A stretch of DNA of 56,216 nucleotides, from assembly GCA_043739185.1 (NCBI GenBank), contig JAYUEN010000094.1, positions 1 through 56,216 of the forward strand. Direction: 5' to 3'. This document shows, piece after piece, positions 38,585 through 47,837 of this stretch. The notes under the pieces were generated by a model. It was not told the origin of the DNA and ran no database searches. It saw only the letters and a list, made by a program, of their open reading frames with translations. Position 1 is the stretch's first letter, and every line of letters starts with the position of its first letter. A program made the position numbers and the translations under genes. Source of the DNA: Bdellovibrionales bacterium. GTDB lineage: Bacteria; Bdellovibrionota; Bdellovibrionia; Bdellovibrionales; JAMPXM01.

Positions 38585-39115
38585 ATGCCAAAGCGCGAGC
38601 AAAACTTTTTAGCATGTATACTCACCACTGTTCGTCAAACCAAAGAAGTGGTTTCGGACTTATTAGAAGGCGGAACAGATTCCAAAGCAATTTCCTTACT
38701 CATGTCCGAAAAAATATTTCAAAGTGATCCAAATATTGCTCGCGGACTTTCGTACTTTAGGTACTTAGAAATTCCCCTGCTAGGAAATTTTGTTGCTGCC
38801 GGCCCCTTCGCTTCTTCTTTTGCCAATTGGGCGGTAAAGGGTTTTGCCGAACCCATAATTGATTTGTTTTTAGATCTCGGAATTTCAGAGTTTGATGCCA
38901 GACAATATCTCCTATCTTTTGCAAAAAACGGAAGCTTTTGTTATATAGATATTGAAGAGGCAAGTAAATATGCGCGAACCCTTGAATGCCTTCGAAAATT
39001 TGGCGCTTTAGAAATTTCATCTTCTCATTTAAATTTAAATGAAGAATACGTCTCAAATGCTAAGCCAAGAAATGCCCGTATGGATAAGAATGAAACCTAC
39101 CGTCCCATCCTATGA
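38585..39115 (+). CDS. Divergent general-stress-protein-like (GsiB/YflT 17M-type) protein
   Basis: L..GG....ISLL, IPLLGNFVAAGPFA and DLGISEFDARQY pattern resembles this family. Confidence 0.6.
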   Translation: MPKREQNFLACILTTVRQTKEVVSDLLEGGTDSKAISLLMSEKIFQSDPNIARGLSYFRYLEIPLLGNFVAAGPFASSFANWAVKGFAEPIIDLFLDLGISEFDARQYLLSFAKNGSFCYIDIEEASKYARTLECLRKFGALEISSSHLNLNEEYVSNAKPRNARMDKNETYRPIL

Positions 39116-39232
39116 GCAATCGGCACCGCACGGATTATTTTACTTGCCCCAAAGCTTGAGGGAATCTGCCTCTCTTTTCTTTTCATTCGGCAATCAATCT
39201 TATCAAGCTCGCACATCGTCAGGTCTCAAGTT

Positions 39233-39248
39233 TGGCATGGACGTTGCT
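39233..39248 (+). promoter_or_regulatory. sigma54 -24/-12 promoter
   Basis: TGGCATGGACGTTGCT, about 38 bp upstream of ATG 39286. Confidence 0.8.
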
Positions 39249-39285
39249 CGGAAGCCTATCGATAGGTTTTTTGGAGGGAGAAATT

Positions 39286-40014
39286 ATGAGGAATTATTTG
39301 GGATTCGAACCCGAAAGCCAAACGGCATCGTTGTTTAACAGCAAGATTGAGAAAATTTTGGCCATGTCACCTAGCGACTCTGAAGAGAATACATCCATTG
39401 AAAAACACGGCGATCTTTTTATTGGAGAAATCAAACTTGTTTCCTCGCAAGGAATATTCCTGGCGCGCTCAATTGAGAGAAATTTTGCAAAATTGACCTC
39501 AACCATAACTCAGTCCATTGAAAATCAATTGAAAAAATGGCGAATCTCAAGAAAGTTAGATGCCTCGGCCGCAGAAGACTTTGGGGACAATAAAAGTATG
39601 AGCAATTTTGGAAAAAATGTCCTGATCGTTGATGATGATCATGATTCAGTTCAAATTCTTGAATTTGCATTAAAAAGAGCCGGTTGCTTTGCCCAATTCA
39701 TTTCAGACGGGACCAAAGCAGCGACAGAAATTGCCAATTCAAATTTTGACCTTATCGTACTTGATTGGTTTATGCCTTCTATCAATGGAGGTGACACTTT
39801 AGCCCAAGCTGAAAATATAATTGCATCAAACAACCTCGTGCGCGGCCGGGGCCTTGAGAAATCTATTCCGGTCATAATCTATTCAGGTCACGAAATCGGA
39901 TCATTTGACAAATTTCCGGAGTGTGAATTTTTCACTTTTGTTGATATCTGGAGAAAACAATTCAATTACATAGAACTTTCAGCTAGATTGACTCAAATTA
40001 TGAGTAATCTCTAA
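39286..40014 (+). CDS. Response regulator: ~90-aa N-terminal domain (HPF/RaiA-like topology) + C-terminal receiver domain
   Basis: GGAGGGAG SD; REC motifs VLIVDDD, IVLDWFMP, IIYSG and conserved Lys. Confidence 0.85.
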   Translation: MRNYLGFEPESQTASLFNSKIEKILAMSPSDSEENTSIEKHGDLFIGEIKLVSSQGIFLARSIERNFAKLTSTITQSIENQLKKWRISRKLDASAAEDFGDNKSMSNFGKNVLIVDDDHDSVQILEFALKRAGCFAQFISDGTKAATEIANSNFDLIVLDWFMPSINGGDTLAQAENIIASNNLVRGRGLEKSIPVIIYSGHEIGSFDKFPECEFFTFVDIWRKQFNYIELSARLTQIMSNL

Positions 40015-40037
40015 GAATTTACTTAAGGAGTTTACGT

Positions 40038-40358
40038 ATGCAAAAAATCGAATCAGAATCATTTAAACCGGTGGCCCATGTTGAAGCTGATCTGCAGAGT
40101 CTCATTCCCTCTTTCTTAAACAACAGGAAGAGAGACATTTTAGAACTAAGAAAAGCCGTTGAGACAACTGATTTTAACGACCTTGAGCGAATAGGTCATA
40201 TTCTCAAAGGTGTTTCTGCAAGTTACGGCTTTGATAAATTAGGTGAGTACGGGGCAATCCTTGAAGCTCAAGCTAAAGCCGGCGCCTTGCAGAAATGCGA
40301 TGCCGTGGTAAATCTTATGTCTACCTATATGCAAGACGTAGTTGTCGTATACGTTTAA
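40038..40358 (+). CDS. Stand-alone Hpt phosphotransfer protein
   Basis: RIGHILKGVSASYGF motif; 106 aa; AAGGAG SD. Confidence 0.93.
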   Translation: MQKIESESFKPVAHVEADLQSLIPSFLNNRKRDILELRKAVETTDFNDLERIGHILKGVSASYGFDKLGEYGAILEAQAKAGALQKCDAVVNLMSTYMQDVVVVYV

Positions 40359-40376
40359 AAACAAGGTTGACTGGTA

Positions 40377-41804
40377 CTATTGAGTTTTATTAGCCAAAAT
40401 ATCGAGTTCTTTGCGATACAATGTCTTTCGATCAATTCCCAAATGGTGGGCTGCAGCCTCTTTTTTACCAGCGGTCTCCTTCAAAATATGCTGGATATAC
40501 CGATACTCAATTTCTTTAAGTGTGAAACCACGACTGAATATATTGGGAACCTCACTATCGCCAATTTGAGTTTCTATTTGCAAATTCAGATCTGCTACTT
40601 CGATACTGGCTCCCGAGCAAAAAACCAAGGCTCTTTCAATAACATTTTCAAGCTCACGAATATTTCCTGGCCACGAATAGTTTTTCATATGCGCCAGTGC
40701 ATCTTCACTAAACGCTTTTACCCGCGGATTGAGTTGAGAATATTTTTTCAGAAAATATTCTGAAAGCAGCGGAATATCCCCCTTGCGATCGCCGAGTGGA
40801 GGAATTTCAAGACAAACAACATTAAGCCGATAAAACAGATCTTCTCTAAATTTTCCGTTCGTGCATTCTTGCTTCAGACTCCTATGAGTTGCAGCAATAA
40901 TTCGAACATCTGCTGATCTCAAGAAGTCATCGCCCACCGCTTTAAATTCACGCTCTTGAATGAACCTCAAAAGCTTTCCCTGTAAGCCGATGGGCATGTC
41001 ACCAATTTCATCTAAAAACAAGGTGCCACCGTTGGCGGTTTCGACGAGACCTTTTCTTCTGTTCACGGCTCCCGTAAACGAGCCCTTCGCATGTCCGAAA
41101 AGCTCACTCTCCAATAGATTTTCAGGGATTGCTGTACAATTGACAGCTACAAAAGGAAATTTTGAACGTGGGCCGTTTTTATGAATGGATCTCGCCACCA
41201 ATTCTTTGCCTGTTCCACTCTGCCCATACAAGAGAACATTCACATTAACCTTCGAGACTTTGTTTATAACTTGAAATACATTTTCCATTTTAGGATCACG
41301 ACCGACAAAATTGTGGTCCACCACATTATCGGACGAATCTTTGGCTGGTTCGGATTGAAGTAGGCGATTGCTTATTGCCTTTTCAATTGTAAGCTTCAAT
41401 TCAGGCACATTCAGTGGCTTTACGACATAATCATCGGCCCCAATTTTTATCGCCTCTACTGCTGTTTTTACACTACCGTAGGCCGTCATCAAGATAATGG
41501 CAATATCGCTGAACTTACGAATTTCGCGAATAAGGTGAATGCCATTCATACCAGGCATTTGCAAATCGCAAAGAATGAGATTGTATTTATCTGCAGTTGA
41601 AAGCAGAAGGTTGTCTTTGATATTCTTGATTGCTTCGTTTGGATTTGCACATTGACTTAGTGACTCAACATTTTCACTTAGTTTAATTTTTAGAAAATGA
41701 AAAATCTCAAGATCATCATCGACGACTAGGACTCGAGGCTGAGACCACTTTCGCAATTTTGACTTTGAGACCTCTGGCGAATCGCTTTCAAACATAGCAG
41801 ACAC
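40377..41804 (-). CDS. sigma54-dependent NtrC-family response regulator (REC-AAA+-Fis HTH)
   Basis: VLVVDDD, CDLQMPG, GQSGTGKE, ESELFGHAKGSFTGA, LFLDEIGD, FREDLFYRL, WPGNIREL, LGIDRKTLYRK. Confidence 0.96.
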   Translation of the reverse strand: MSAMFESDSPEVSKSKLRKWSQPRVLVVDDDLEIFHFLKIKLSENVESLSQCANPNEAIKNIKDNLLLSTADKYNLILCDLQMPGMNGIHLIREIRKFSDIAIILMTAYGSVKTAVEAIKIGADDYVVKPLNVPELKLTIEKAISNRLLQSEPAKDSSDNVVDHNFVGRDPKMENVFQVINKVSKVNVNVLLYGQSGTGKELVARSIHKNGPRSKFPFVAVNCTAIPENLLESELFGHAKGSFTGAVNRRKGLVETANGGTLFLDEIGDMPIGLQGKLLRFIQEREFKAVGDDFLRSADVRIIAATHRSLKQECTNGKFREDLFYRLNVVCLEIPPLGDRKGDIPLLSEYFLKKYSQLNPRVKAFSEDALAHMKNYSWPGNIRELENVIERALVFCSGASIEVADLNLQIETQIGDSEVPNIFSRGFTLKEIEYRYIQHILKETAGKKEAAAHHLGIDRKTLYRKELDILANKTQ

Positions 41805-42097
41805 CTCCTCGCGAAATCCAACCTCTGCAACTACATATAGGCAGATTGACTCTTCACTTTACTCACTAGAATCGATGCATCGAAGCCTTCGAAAAAAATA
41901 AATAAACGTCTATTTCTGCACAATCATTTTTATATTGGTCTACCTACGGAAAAAACATCACCTTGGCAACAAATTTGTCATTGCCCACTCTATCTTCATA
42001 AAGGTCTGCAAAAAGCAGACTTGAGATTTCAAGTTCACATTCACGCTTTCTTAATGAGAGGTGCTTGAAATAATTTTGTTAAAAACTTTTCAAGAGA

Positions 42098-42126
42098 CAA
42101 ATTGCCTCAGTCCTTGGGGCAATTTG
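42098..42126. promoter_or_regulatory. Inverted repeat, candidate enhancer (UAS) for the NtrC-type activator
   Basis: CAAATTGCC-N11-GGCAATTTG, about 180-200 bp upstream of the sigma54 promoter at 42302. Confidence 0.55.
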
Positions 42127-42301
42127 CTGAATTAAGCACGAGATCGAGAAAGCACAAAATCGGTAATTGCAAGATGGCTCAGCGCCTTAAGAAGGCCTTA
42201 ACAAAACAATACTTCCTCAAAATTTTCGCATATCTTTTAAATTTGTTTTCTACTTCCAAGTTGGCTTTGAAAGCCAATTATAATATAGAAAAACTCAACG
42301 A

Positions 42302-42317
42302 TGGCATTGTAATTGCT
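42302..42317 (+). promoter_or_regulatory. sigma54 -24/-12 promoter
   Basis: TGGCATTGTAATTGCT upstream of the 42412 gene and the kinase. Confidence 0.75.
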
Positions 42318-42411
42318 AAGTCTTTCAATTGGGAGTTTTAACTTTGTGAAGTTTTCACTGATTTAAAAAACTTTGGGCTGGGAGCTATCTAAAGAGTGCG
42401 GGGGAGCATTG

Positions 42412-42726
42412 ATGCGTGCAATTCAAGGTGAGATCGAAATTGATTCTGCATCAGGCTCAACCGAAGATGGAGCCAAGAATGTGCTCTTAAAGGGCTTGAA
42501 TCATTGGCTCAAGGAACATTCATACCAACCAAGCGAAATGGACTTTTATTATATTACAATAAACAAGGAAAAGGCCCAGGCAATTGAATCACCAAGAGTG
42601 GTTTGCAATGTTCAAATATTTTTCAGCAAACATATTTGGTCTGGCTTGGGCGTTGGCGCAGAAGCCAGCAATGCCTTCACGAACTGCTTGACCAAACTTT
42701 CTCCTACTTTCATTGAGTGTATTTAA
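42412..42726 (+). CDS. Small hypothetical protein (HPF/RaiA-like topology)
   Basis: GGGGGAG SD; 104 aa; ends 3 bp before the kinase start. Confidence 0.75.
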   Translation: MRAIQGEIEIDSASGSTEDGAKNVLLKGLNHWLKEHSYQPSEMDFYYITINKEKAQAIESPRVVCNVQIFFSKHIWSGLGVGAEASNAFTNCLTKLSPTFIECI

Positions 42727-42729
42727 AAT

Positions 42730-44769
42730 ATGGTAAGAAACTTTAGCATTAAGCAATATTGGCGGGATATCTCGCTTTCTAAAAAGATTTATTCCGTGGT
42801 AAGTCTCATGGGCTTTTTGATTGTCCTTGAACTTCTCACTCTATTATTTGCGATGAATACCCTGACTGCAGTGCGAGCATTTGTTGCTGGCGAAGGGATT
42901 TGGTCCAAAGCGCAAAAAGATGCCGTCTTAAATTTGCAGCGCTATGCCGACACTCAAGACCAAAAATACTATGAACTCTTTTTAAAGTGTTTGGAAACTC
43001 CACTAGGTGATTCAAGCGCCCGCCTTGAGTTATCGAAAGAGAAACCCGATTTTGACCTGGTTGAAAAGAGCTTTATCCGCGGCGGAATTCATCCCGATGA
43101 TATCGACGGAATTGTTCACCTCATTCTGAATTTTCGCTCCTATGAGCACATTGCAAAGGCTATTGATTTGTGGAAGTCAGCAGATGTTCTGCTATTCAAA
43201 CTTAAGGAACGGGCCGAGGAACTTCATTCCAGAATTATGAAGGGCGCTACATACAATGAGATTTCGAGCTCGCTCAATGCTATTGACGAAATCAATGATC
43301 GCCTGACTAAAATTGAAACTAACTTTTCACAAACTCTGGGCGAAGGCTCTCGATATCTTGAAAGAATGCTCCTGCTTCTCTTGTTTTTAGCGGTGCTTAC
43401 GGTTGAGGGCGCAGGCTTTTTTACAGTCATTTCATTTAATAAAAATTTGTCGAGAAGCTTGACTGAGCTCTATTCGATAGTTGAAAAAATTAGCTTGGGT
43501 CAATTCAATCATAAGATCCCCGTTCGTTCTAAAGATGAACTCGGGCGACTTGCGAATATAATAAATAAAATGACCGCAGACATTAGGTCTAATATTGGCA
43601 AGCGCGAAAGAGCTGAAAATGCAAATCGCGTTAAGAGTCTTTTCTTAGCAAATATGAGTCACGAGATTCGCACGCCCCTCGCCGCCATTATGGGATTTTC
43701 AGAGCTCTTAAAAGACAAAAGCCTTTCCGAAGCTGAACGCGATCAATACGTCGAAATTATCAATCGGACTTCAGGAAGTCTCACTAAAATTATCAACGAT
43801 ATTCTCGATTTATCAAAAGTCGAAGCCGGACATATCGAAATCGAAAAAACCAGCTTTTCCTTAACTGAACTTTTAGCCGACCTTAAGAAGACCCTTGAGT
43901 TTCGTACTCAAAGCAAGGGCATTGAAATGCAGTTTGAAGGAATAGGACCGCTTCCGGAGTTGATTTATTCGGACCCGGTGAGAATACGTCAAATACTCAT
44001 GAATCTAATCGGAAATGCCATTAAATTTACTGAAAAAGGTCAAGTGAAGTTGACTTACGAAGTGCGTGAGTCAAGGGTTCAATTTCGAATTATAGATTCC
44101 GGAATTGGAATTTCTGAAGAGCAAGGTCAAGTTTTGTTTCAATCCTTTCGCCAAGTCGATAATTCAGTAACCCGCAAATATGAGGGCACCGGACTTGGAT
44201 TGGTTTTATCAAGAAGACTGGCAAATCTTTTAGACGGAAATGTTAGTTTGATAAAGAGCACACTCAATGTCGGAAGTACCTTTGCCTTTCACTTTAAACT
44301 TGAAATCTTAAGAGAAAATCTAAGCGAAGCAGGGGCTATAAAAAATTCGCCGATTGTATTTAAAAATAGTCGATCCACAGTCGGAAAATCTGTGCTTCTC
44401 GTTGAGGACGTTGAAGACAACCGCTTGCTCATTCAACAGGTTTTAACTAGAAATGGATTTAAAGTTACAACGGCAGTTAATGGTTCCGAAGGCGTTACCA
44501 AAGCAATGAATGATCATTTCGATTTGATTTTGATGGATATTCAAATGCCCATAATGGATGGCTATACGGCAACTCACCACTTAAGAAAACTGGGCTATAA
44601 AAAACCAATTATTGCCCTTACGGCGCATGCGATGAAGGAGGATCAAACTCGTTGCATTGAAGCCGGTTGCAACGATTACCTCACCAAACCTCTTCACATA
44701 ACAAGCCTATTAGATAAGATTTCAAGATATAGTGAGCCCGCAGGGACTCAGCAAGAATTGAGTCTTTGA
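42730..44769 (+). CDS. Hybrid sensor histidine kinase (2TM-HAMP-HisKA-HATPase-REC)
   Basis: FLANMSHEIRTPL, QILMNLIGNAIKFT, DSGIG, GTGLGL, DLILMDIQMP, TAHAM, LTKP. Confidence 0.96.
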   Translation: MVRNFSIKQYWRDISLSKKIYSVVSLMGFLIVLELLTLLFAMNTLTAVRAFVAGEGIWSKAQKDAVLNLQRYADTQDQKYYELFLKCLETPLGDSSARLELSKEKPDFDLVEKSFIRGGIHPDDIDGIVHLILNFRSYEHIAKAIDLWKSADVLLFKLKERAEELHSRIMKGATYNEISSSLNAIDEINDRLTKIETNFSQTLGEGSRYLERMLLLLLFLAVLTVEGAGFFTVISFNKNLSRSLTELYSIVEKISLGQFNHKIPVRSKDELGRLANIINKMTADIRSNIGKRERAENANRVKSLFLANMSHEIRTPLAAIMGFSELLKDKSLSEAERDQYVEIINRTSGSLTKIINDILDLSKVEAGHIEIEKTSFSLTELLADLKKTLEFRTQSKGIEMQFEGIGPLPELIYSDPVRIRQILMNLIGNAIKFTEKGQVKLTYEVRESRVQFRIIDSGIGISEEQGQVLFQSFRQVDNSVTRKYEGTGLGLVLSRRLANLLDGNVSLIKSTLNVGSTFAFHFKLEILRENLSEAGAIKNSPIVFKNSRSTVGKSVLLVEDVEDNRLLIQQVLTRNGFKVTTAVNGSEGVTKAMNDHFDLILMDIQMPIMDGYTATHHLRKLGYKKPIIALTAHAMKEDQTRCIEAGCNDYLTKPLHITSLLDKISRYSEPAGTQQELSL

Positions 44770-44792
44770 ACGATTCCTATGAATGAGACCTC

Positions 44793-45215
44793 TTACTTTG
44801 CAAAGTATCCAGATACCTTCCAAATTGAATCGTCTAACATGGGCGTGATCGTTTCACTCACATCTTTGCGGTTTTGATATTGAGAATCAAATTGAATGAC
44901 CACGTATTCTCCTTCAGGAGCCCCCGGAAGAGTTGTGGTATAAACTTTTGCCTTTAGTTTACGGGAAATTAGATTTCCAAATGGTGAGCGAACTGCCGCG
45001 ACGGTGCGTTCCCATTCACGAGCTGTTACCTTAGATTTGAAGAAGCCCGCCGTTTCTTCCCAACTGGCTTTATAGTCCTTTTTATCAACTAGGGCCAACC
45101 ATGAGTTTGCCGCAGTAAGTGCTTTGGTCTCCTTTGCCTCTTTACTATCAGCCGCCATCAGATTCAAAGAGGTCGCTAAAATGCCTATTAAAACCAATAC
45201 TCTTACAATACTCAT
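44793..45215 (-). CDS. DUF4019 family secreted protein
   Basis: WLALVD..DY..SW, LPGAPEGEYVVIQF, ETITPM, WKVSGYF. Confidence 0.9.
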   Translation of the reverse strand: MSIVRVLVLIGILATSLNLMAADSKEAKETKALTAANSWLALVDKKDYKASWEETAGFFKSKVTAREWERTVAAVRSPFGNLISRKLKAKVYTTTLPGAPEGEYVVIQFDSQYQNRKDVSETITPMLDDSIWKVSGYFAK

Positions 45216-45457
45216 CTTATGCTCCCGTTTTTTATCTAAGCTTCGCCGGCATTCAAAATTCTAACAGTAAGAGGTAAATGACGGCTATTAATATTGAATT
45301 CACCCGGCCCTTGGTCTTAAGAGGCCCTAAAGTAAGGCTGGGTACTCAAGGCTCTACTTAGCGGTTTGAGACTTAAAAAGGGAGTGTTTTCTTGACTCAA
45401 ATGCTTGTCTTTGTTAGCTGAATTCAACCCTAAACCTGAAAAAGGCGATCCGGCGAT

Positions 45458-46945
45458 TTGGCAAATTTAGTTAAAAAATTAAAAAGCTATTATGACGACA
45501 AATTCTTTGTTGCCGTGGTCTTTATTTCGTTTGCCATAGTCTTCATGAAAAAGTGGGCGCCGGGTGGCAATTTAGACACCATTTGGTACTCGGCTGTTGC
45601 CAAAAATATCGCACTTTCAGGCAATTATTTTCAATTTACGGTTTCTGAGTATTGGGGCTGGCGCATTTATGATCATATGCCCCTTACCTATTGGATCGTA
45701 GGAAGTTTGATGCGAGTCTTTGGCATCAATGATTTTGTGGCGCGAATTTATCCTATGCTCTGTGCCTTCTTTTCTTATTTGCTGGTTTATTTTATTGGCA
45801 CGCGACTTAAAAACCGAGCCTTTGGATTTTCTTGCGTCTTAGCTTTTTTACTTTGCTATGGTTCATCCAAATGGAATAGCTCACTTATCCACGATGTTCC
45901 GCTGACGACTTATTTTCTTGCGAGCTTTTATTTTTTTGTAAGAGCGCTCAAGGACAAAAGATTTCTATACGGATTTTCTTTTTTTTTCGCTCTCGGGGTC
46001 TTCACCAAGGGGCCGATCATTTTCGCTTATCTCCCCGCGCTGATTATTTGGATGATTTGGCAGAGAGATTTTTCTCTATTCAAATCCAAACACTTTTACT
46101 TCGCGCTTGCACTCCTGCTCGGATTTTTATCCCTTCCCTTTTTGCCGGCCCTAGCATTTGAAGGTAAATCTTATTACCGAGCCTTCATTGAGTATAAGAC
46201 CGAGTTTATGGAGGCAAAAAATCCTGACTGGAGTCATCGCTTTGCTTATTTAGGTGTTTTGTTCTTTGGAGCGGTTCCGAGTGTTTTACTTTTCATCTAC
46301 AATTTACCTGCACTTTTTAAGCGCAAAGTGATTGAGCTTAACGAAATGCAAATTTCTGCATTGAGATTTGCGACTGCAATCGCCGTCTCAACCATTGTGC
46401 CACTGTCGATTTTTGACACCAAATTTCCTCATTATATGTTGCCAGTCTACCCACTTCTTTCCTTAGTGGCAGGCATCAGCATTGAAAAAATTGTGATTCG
46501 TTTTGAAGATGTTATTGCAGATTATACAAAGAAAATTGCGATTGCCGTCATTTGTTTTTTTGTGGCCTTTCCAGTTAAACTAAGTGGCGGACGCGACAAA
46601 CAGGTTATCAATGTGGTTGATATTTTGAAGTTTGATTCGCGCATTCATGAAAAAGATATTTACTATGTCGGAAACTATCATTCGGATATGTCGATCTTTC
46701 AATCTTTCAATTTTTATGGGTCTTTGAATATCATGGGCATTGAAGATGCCGATGTTTTTGATATTGATTTGAAAAATTCTTATTTGCTGATTCCGGTTGA
46801 GAAATTACCAATGCGACACCGAGCCATTGGGCTCATCACTGAAAAAAACTGCTTTCTTAAAAATGGTGAATTTTGCGTTTTAACTGATACTCAAAATATC
46901 AAATTTAATTTGCCCGACGATGATTTTCCGTTCGAGACGTACTAG
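45458..46945 (+). CDS. ArnT/PMT-type GT-C membrane glycosyltransferase
   Basis: D..WY..AK, DHMPL.YW, ARI, D.PL, TKGP, K.PHY.LP.YP; polytopic. Confidence 0.9.
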   Translation: MANLVKKLKSYYDDKFFVAVVFISFAIVFMKKWAPGGNLDTIWYSAVAKNIALSGNYFQFTVSEYWGWRIYDHMPLTYWIVGSLMRVFGINDFVARIYPMLCAFFSYLLVYFIGTRLKNRAFGFSCVLAFLLCYGSSKWNSSLIHDVPLTTYFLASFYFFVRALKDKRFLYGFSFFFALGVFTKGPIIFAYLPALIIWMIWQRDFSLFKSKHFYFALALLLGFLSLPFLPALAFEGKSYYRAFIEYKTEFMEAKNPDWSHRFAYLGVLFFGAVPSVLLFIYNLPALFKRKVIELNEMQISALRFATAIAVSTIVPLSIFDTKFPHYMLPVYPLLSLVAGISIEKIVIRFEDVIADYTKKIAIAVICFFVAFPVKLSGGRDKQVINVVDILKFDSRIHEKDIYYVGNYHSDMSIFQSFNFYGSLNIMGIEDADVFDIDLKNSYLLIPVEKLPMRHRAIGLITEKNCFLKNGEFCVLTDTQNIKFNLPDDDFPFETY

Positions 46946-46950
46946 CTATT

Positions 46951-47802
46951 CTAAGGCGCTTCGGCCCAAGTATTAAAGTTATTAATCACCGGATTTGTGG
47001 GTGAAGAATTGATATCCGTAATATTGACATGAATTCTATAAGGCAGCGGATCCGAATAATCATCCGCACACGCAAAAGTATAGTCCACGAAAGTATTTGC
47101 TAAATATGCATCAGTCCCGATAAAGGCGGTACCAGCAGGATAAGCGGTGGCTCTTTTTCCCAAAGCCAAATCATTAACGGTTTGGCGATTGGAGCCGACC
47201 GAACCTGCATTTGCCGAGCTCACAGTTTCAGTATGAGTTTGAGGACCGGGGGGTAAAGATTCATCAGGGGTATAAATCAAGGCTCTAAATTTAGGAAAGC
47301 TCGGCACAATCCCCACTGCCGCACCACCAAAACAAGTTCCGAGAATGGGCGAGGCCGAACAATCTATTGGTGAGGTCACCCAAGGCGGAGAAAAATTCGC
47401 GGTATTACTGGCTTGGTAATAATAGGGTTGAAAAGTTAAGAGCTTGCAAGAGCCCGTATTCCAAGAAAATTGAAAATTGAGCGAACTAAAGTAAAGTCGG
47501 CCCTCAGGAATTGGAACTGAGCAGGTCACATTCGGGGTTGTAGTAGTTGATGTACAGGTAGAGGTCCCGGTTTCAGTAAATTTTTGATATTCGATCGCAT
47601 GAGTTTTATCATAAACTGTATACACTTGAAGAGCCAAGGGATCCGTAACCGTGACTGTTGGGCCCGAACCAGGAGCCGTGGGCGCGCCAGGATTGGGTGT
47701 GGGCGCTGGTAAGGTCGACGTATTTGTCGCCACATCGGCTTGTTTGCCGCAACTCAGAACACTCAAACTTAGAAATGCATAAATAAAAAAGCTCTTATTC
47801 AT
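46951..47802 (-). CDS. Cys-rich hypothetical lipoprotein
   Basis: Lipobox VLSC, Pro/Thr tether, six Cys in the mature domain. Confidence 0.85.
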   Translation of the reverse strand: MNKSFFIYAFLSLSVLSCGKQADVATNTSTLPAPTPNPGAPTAPGSGPTVTVTDPLALQVYTVYDKTHAIEYQKFTETGTSTCTSTTTTPNVTCSVPIPEGRLYFSSLNFQFSWNTGSCKLLTFQPYYYQASNTANFSPPWVTSPIDCSASPILGTCFGGAAVGIVPSFPKFRALIYTPDESLPPGPQTHTETVSSANAGSVGSNRQTVNDLALGKRATAYPAGTAFIGTDAYLANTFVDYTFACADDYSDPLPYRIHVNITDINSSPTNPVINNFNTWAEAP

Positions 47803-47809
47803 GTCTTAA

Positions 47810-47837
47810 ATATCGGCGTCTCGAAAAATTTGTTTGA
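47810..47837 (-). promoter_or_regulatory. sigma28/FliA-type promoter
   Basis: Minus strand TCAAA-N15-GCCGATAT, followed after a 7-nt gap by ATG 47802; no SD. Confidence 0.65.

Noticed and set aside
38334..38727. ORFs 38334..38612 and 38416..38727
   Set aside because: They overlap the sigma54 promoter and the better-supported 38585 gene; no SD or motif.
41964..41979. TGGCAACAAATTTGTC as a sigma54 promoter (14 bp identical to the 50411 site)
   Set aside because: The -12 GC is GT and no gene start follows closely; kept only as a possible dyad site.
42102..42341. 79-aa intergenic ORF
   Set aside because: TTG start inside the candidate enhancer, and it spans the sigma54 promoter; likely spurious.
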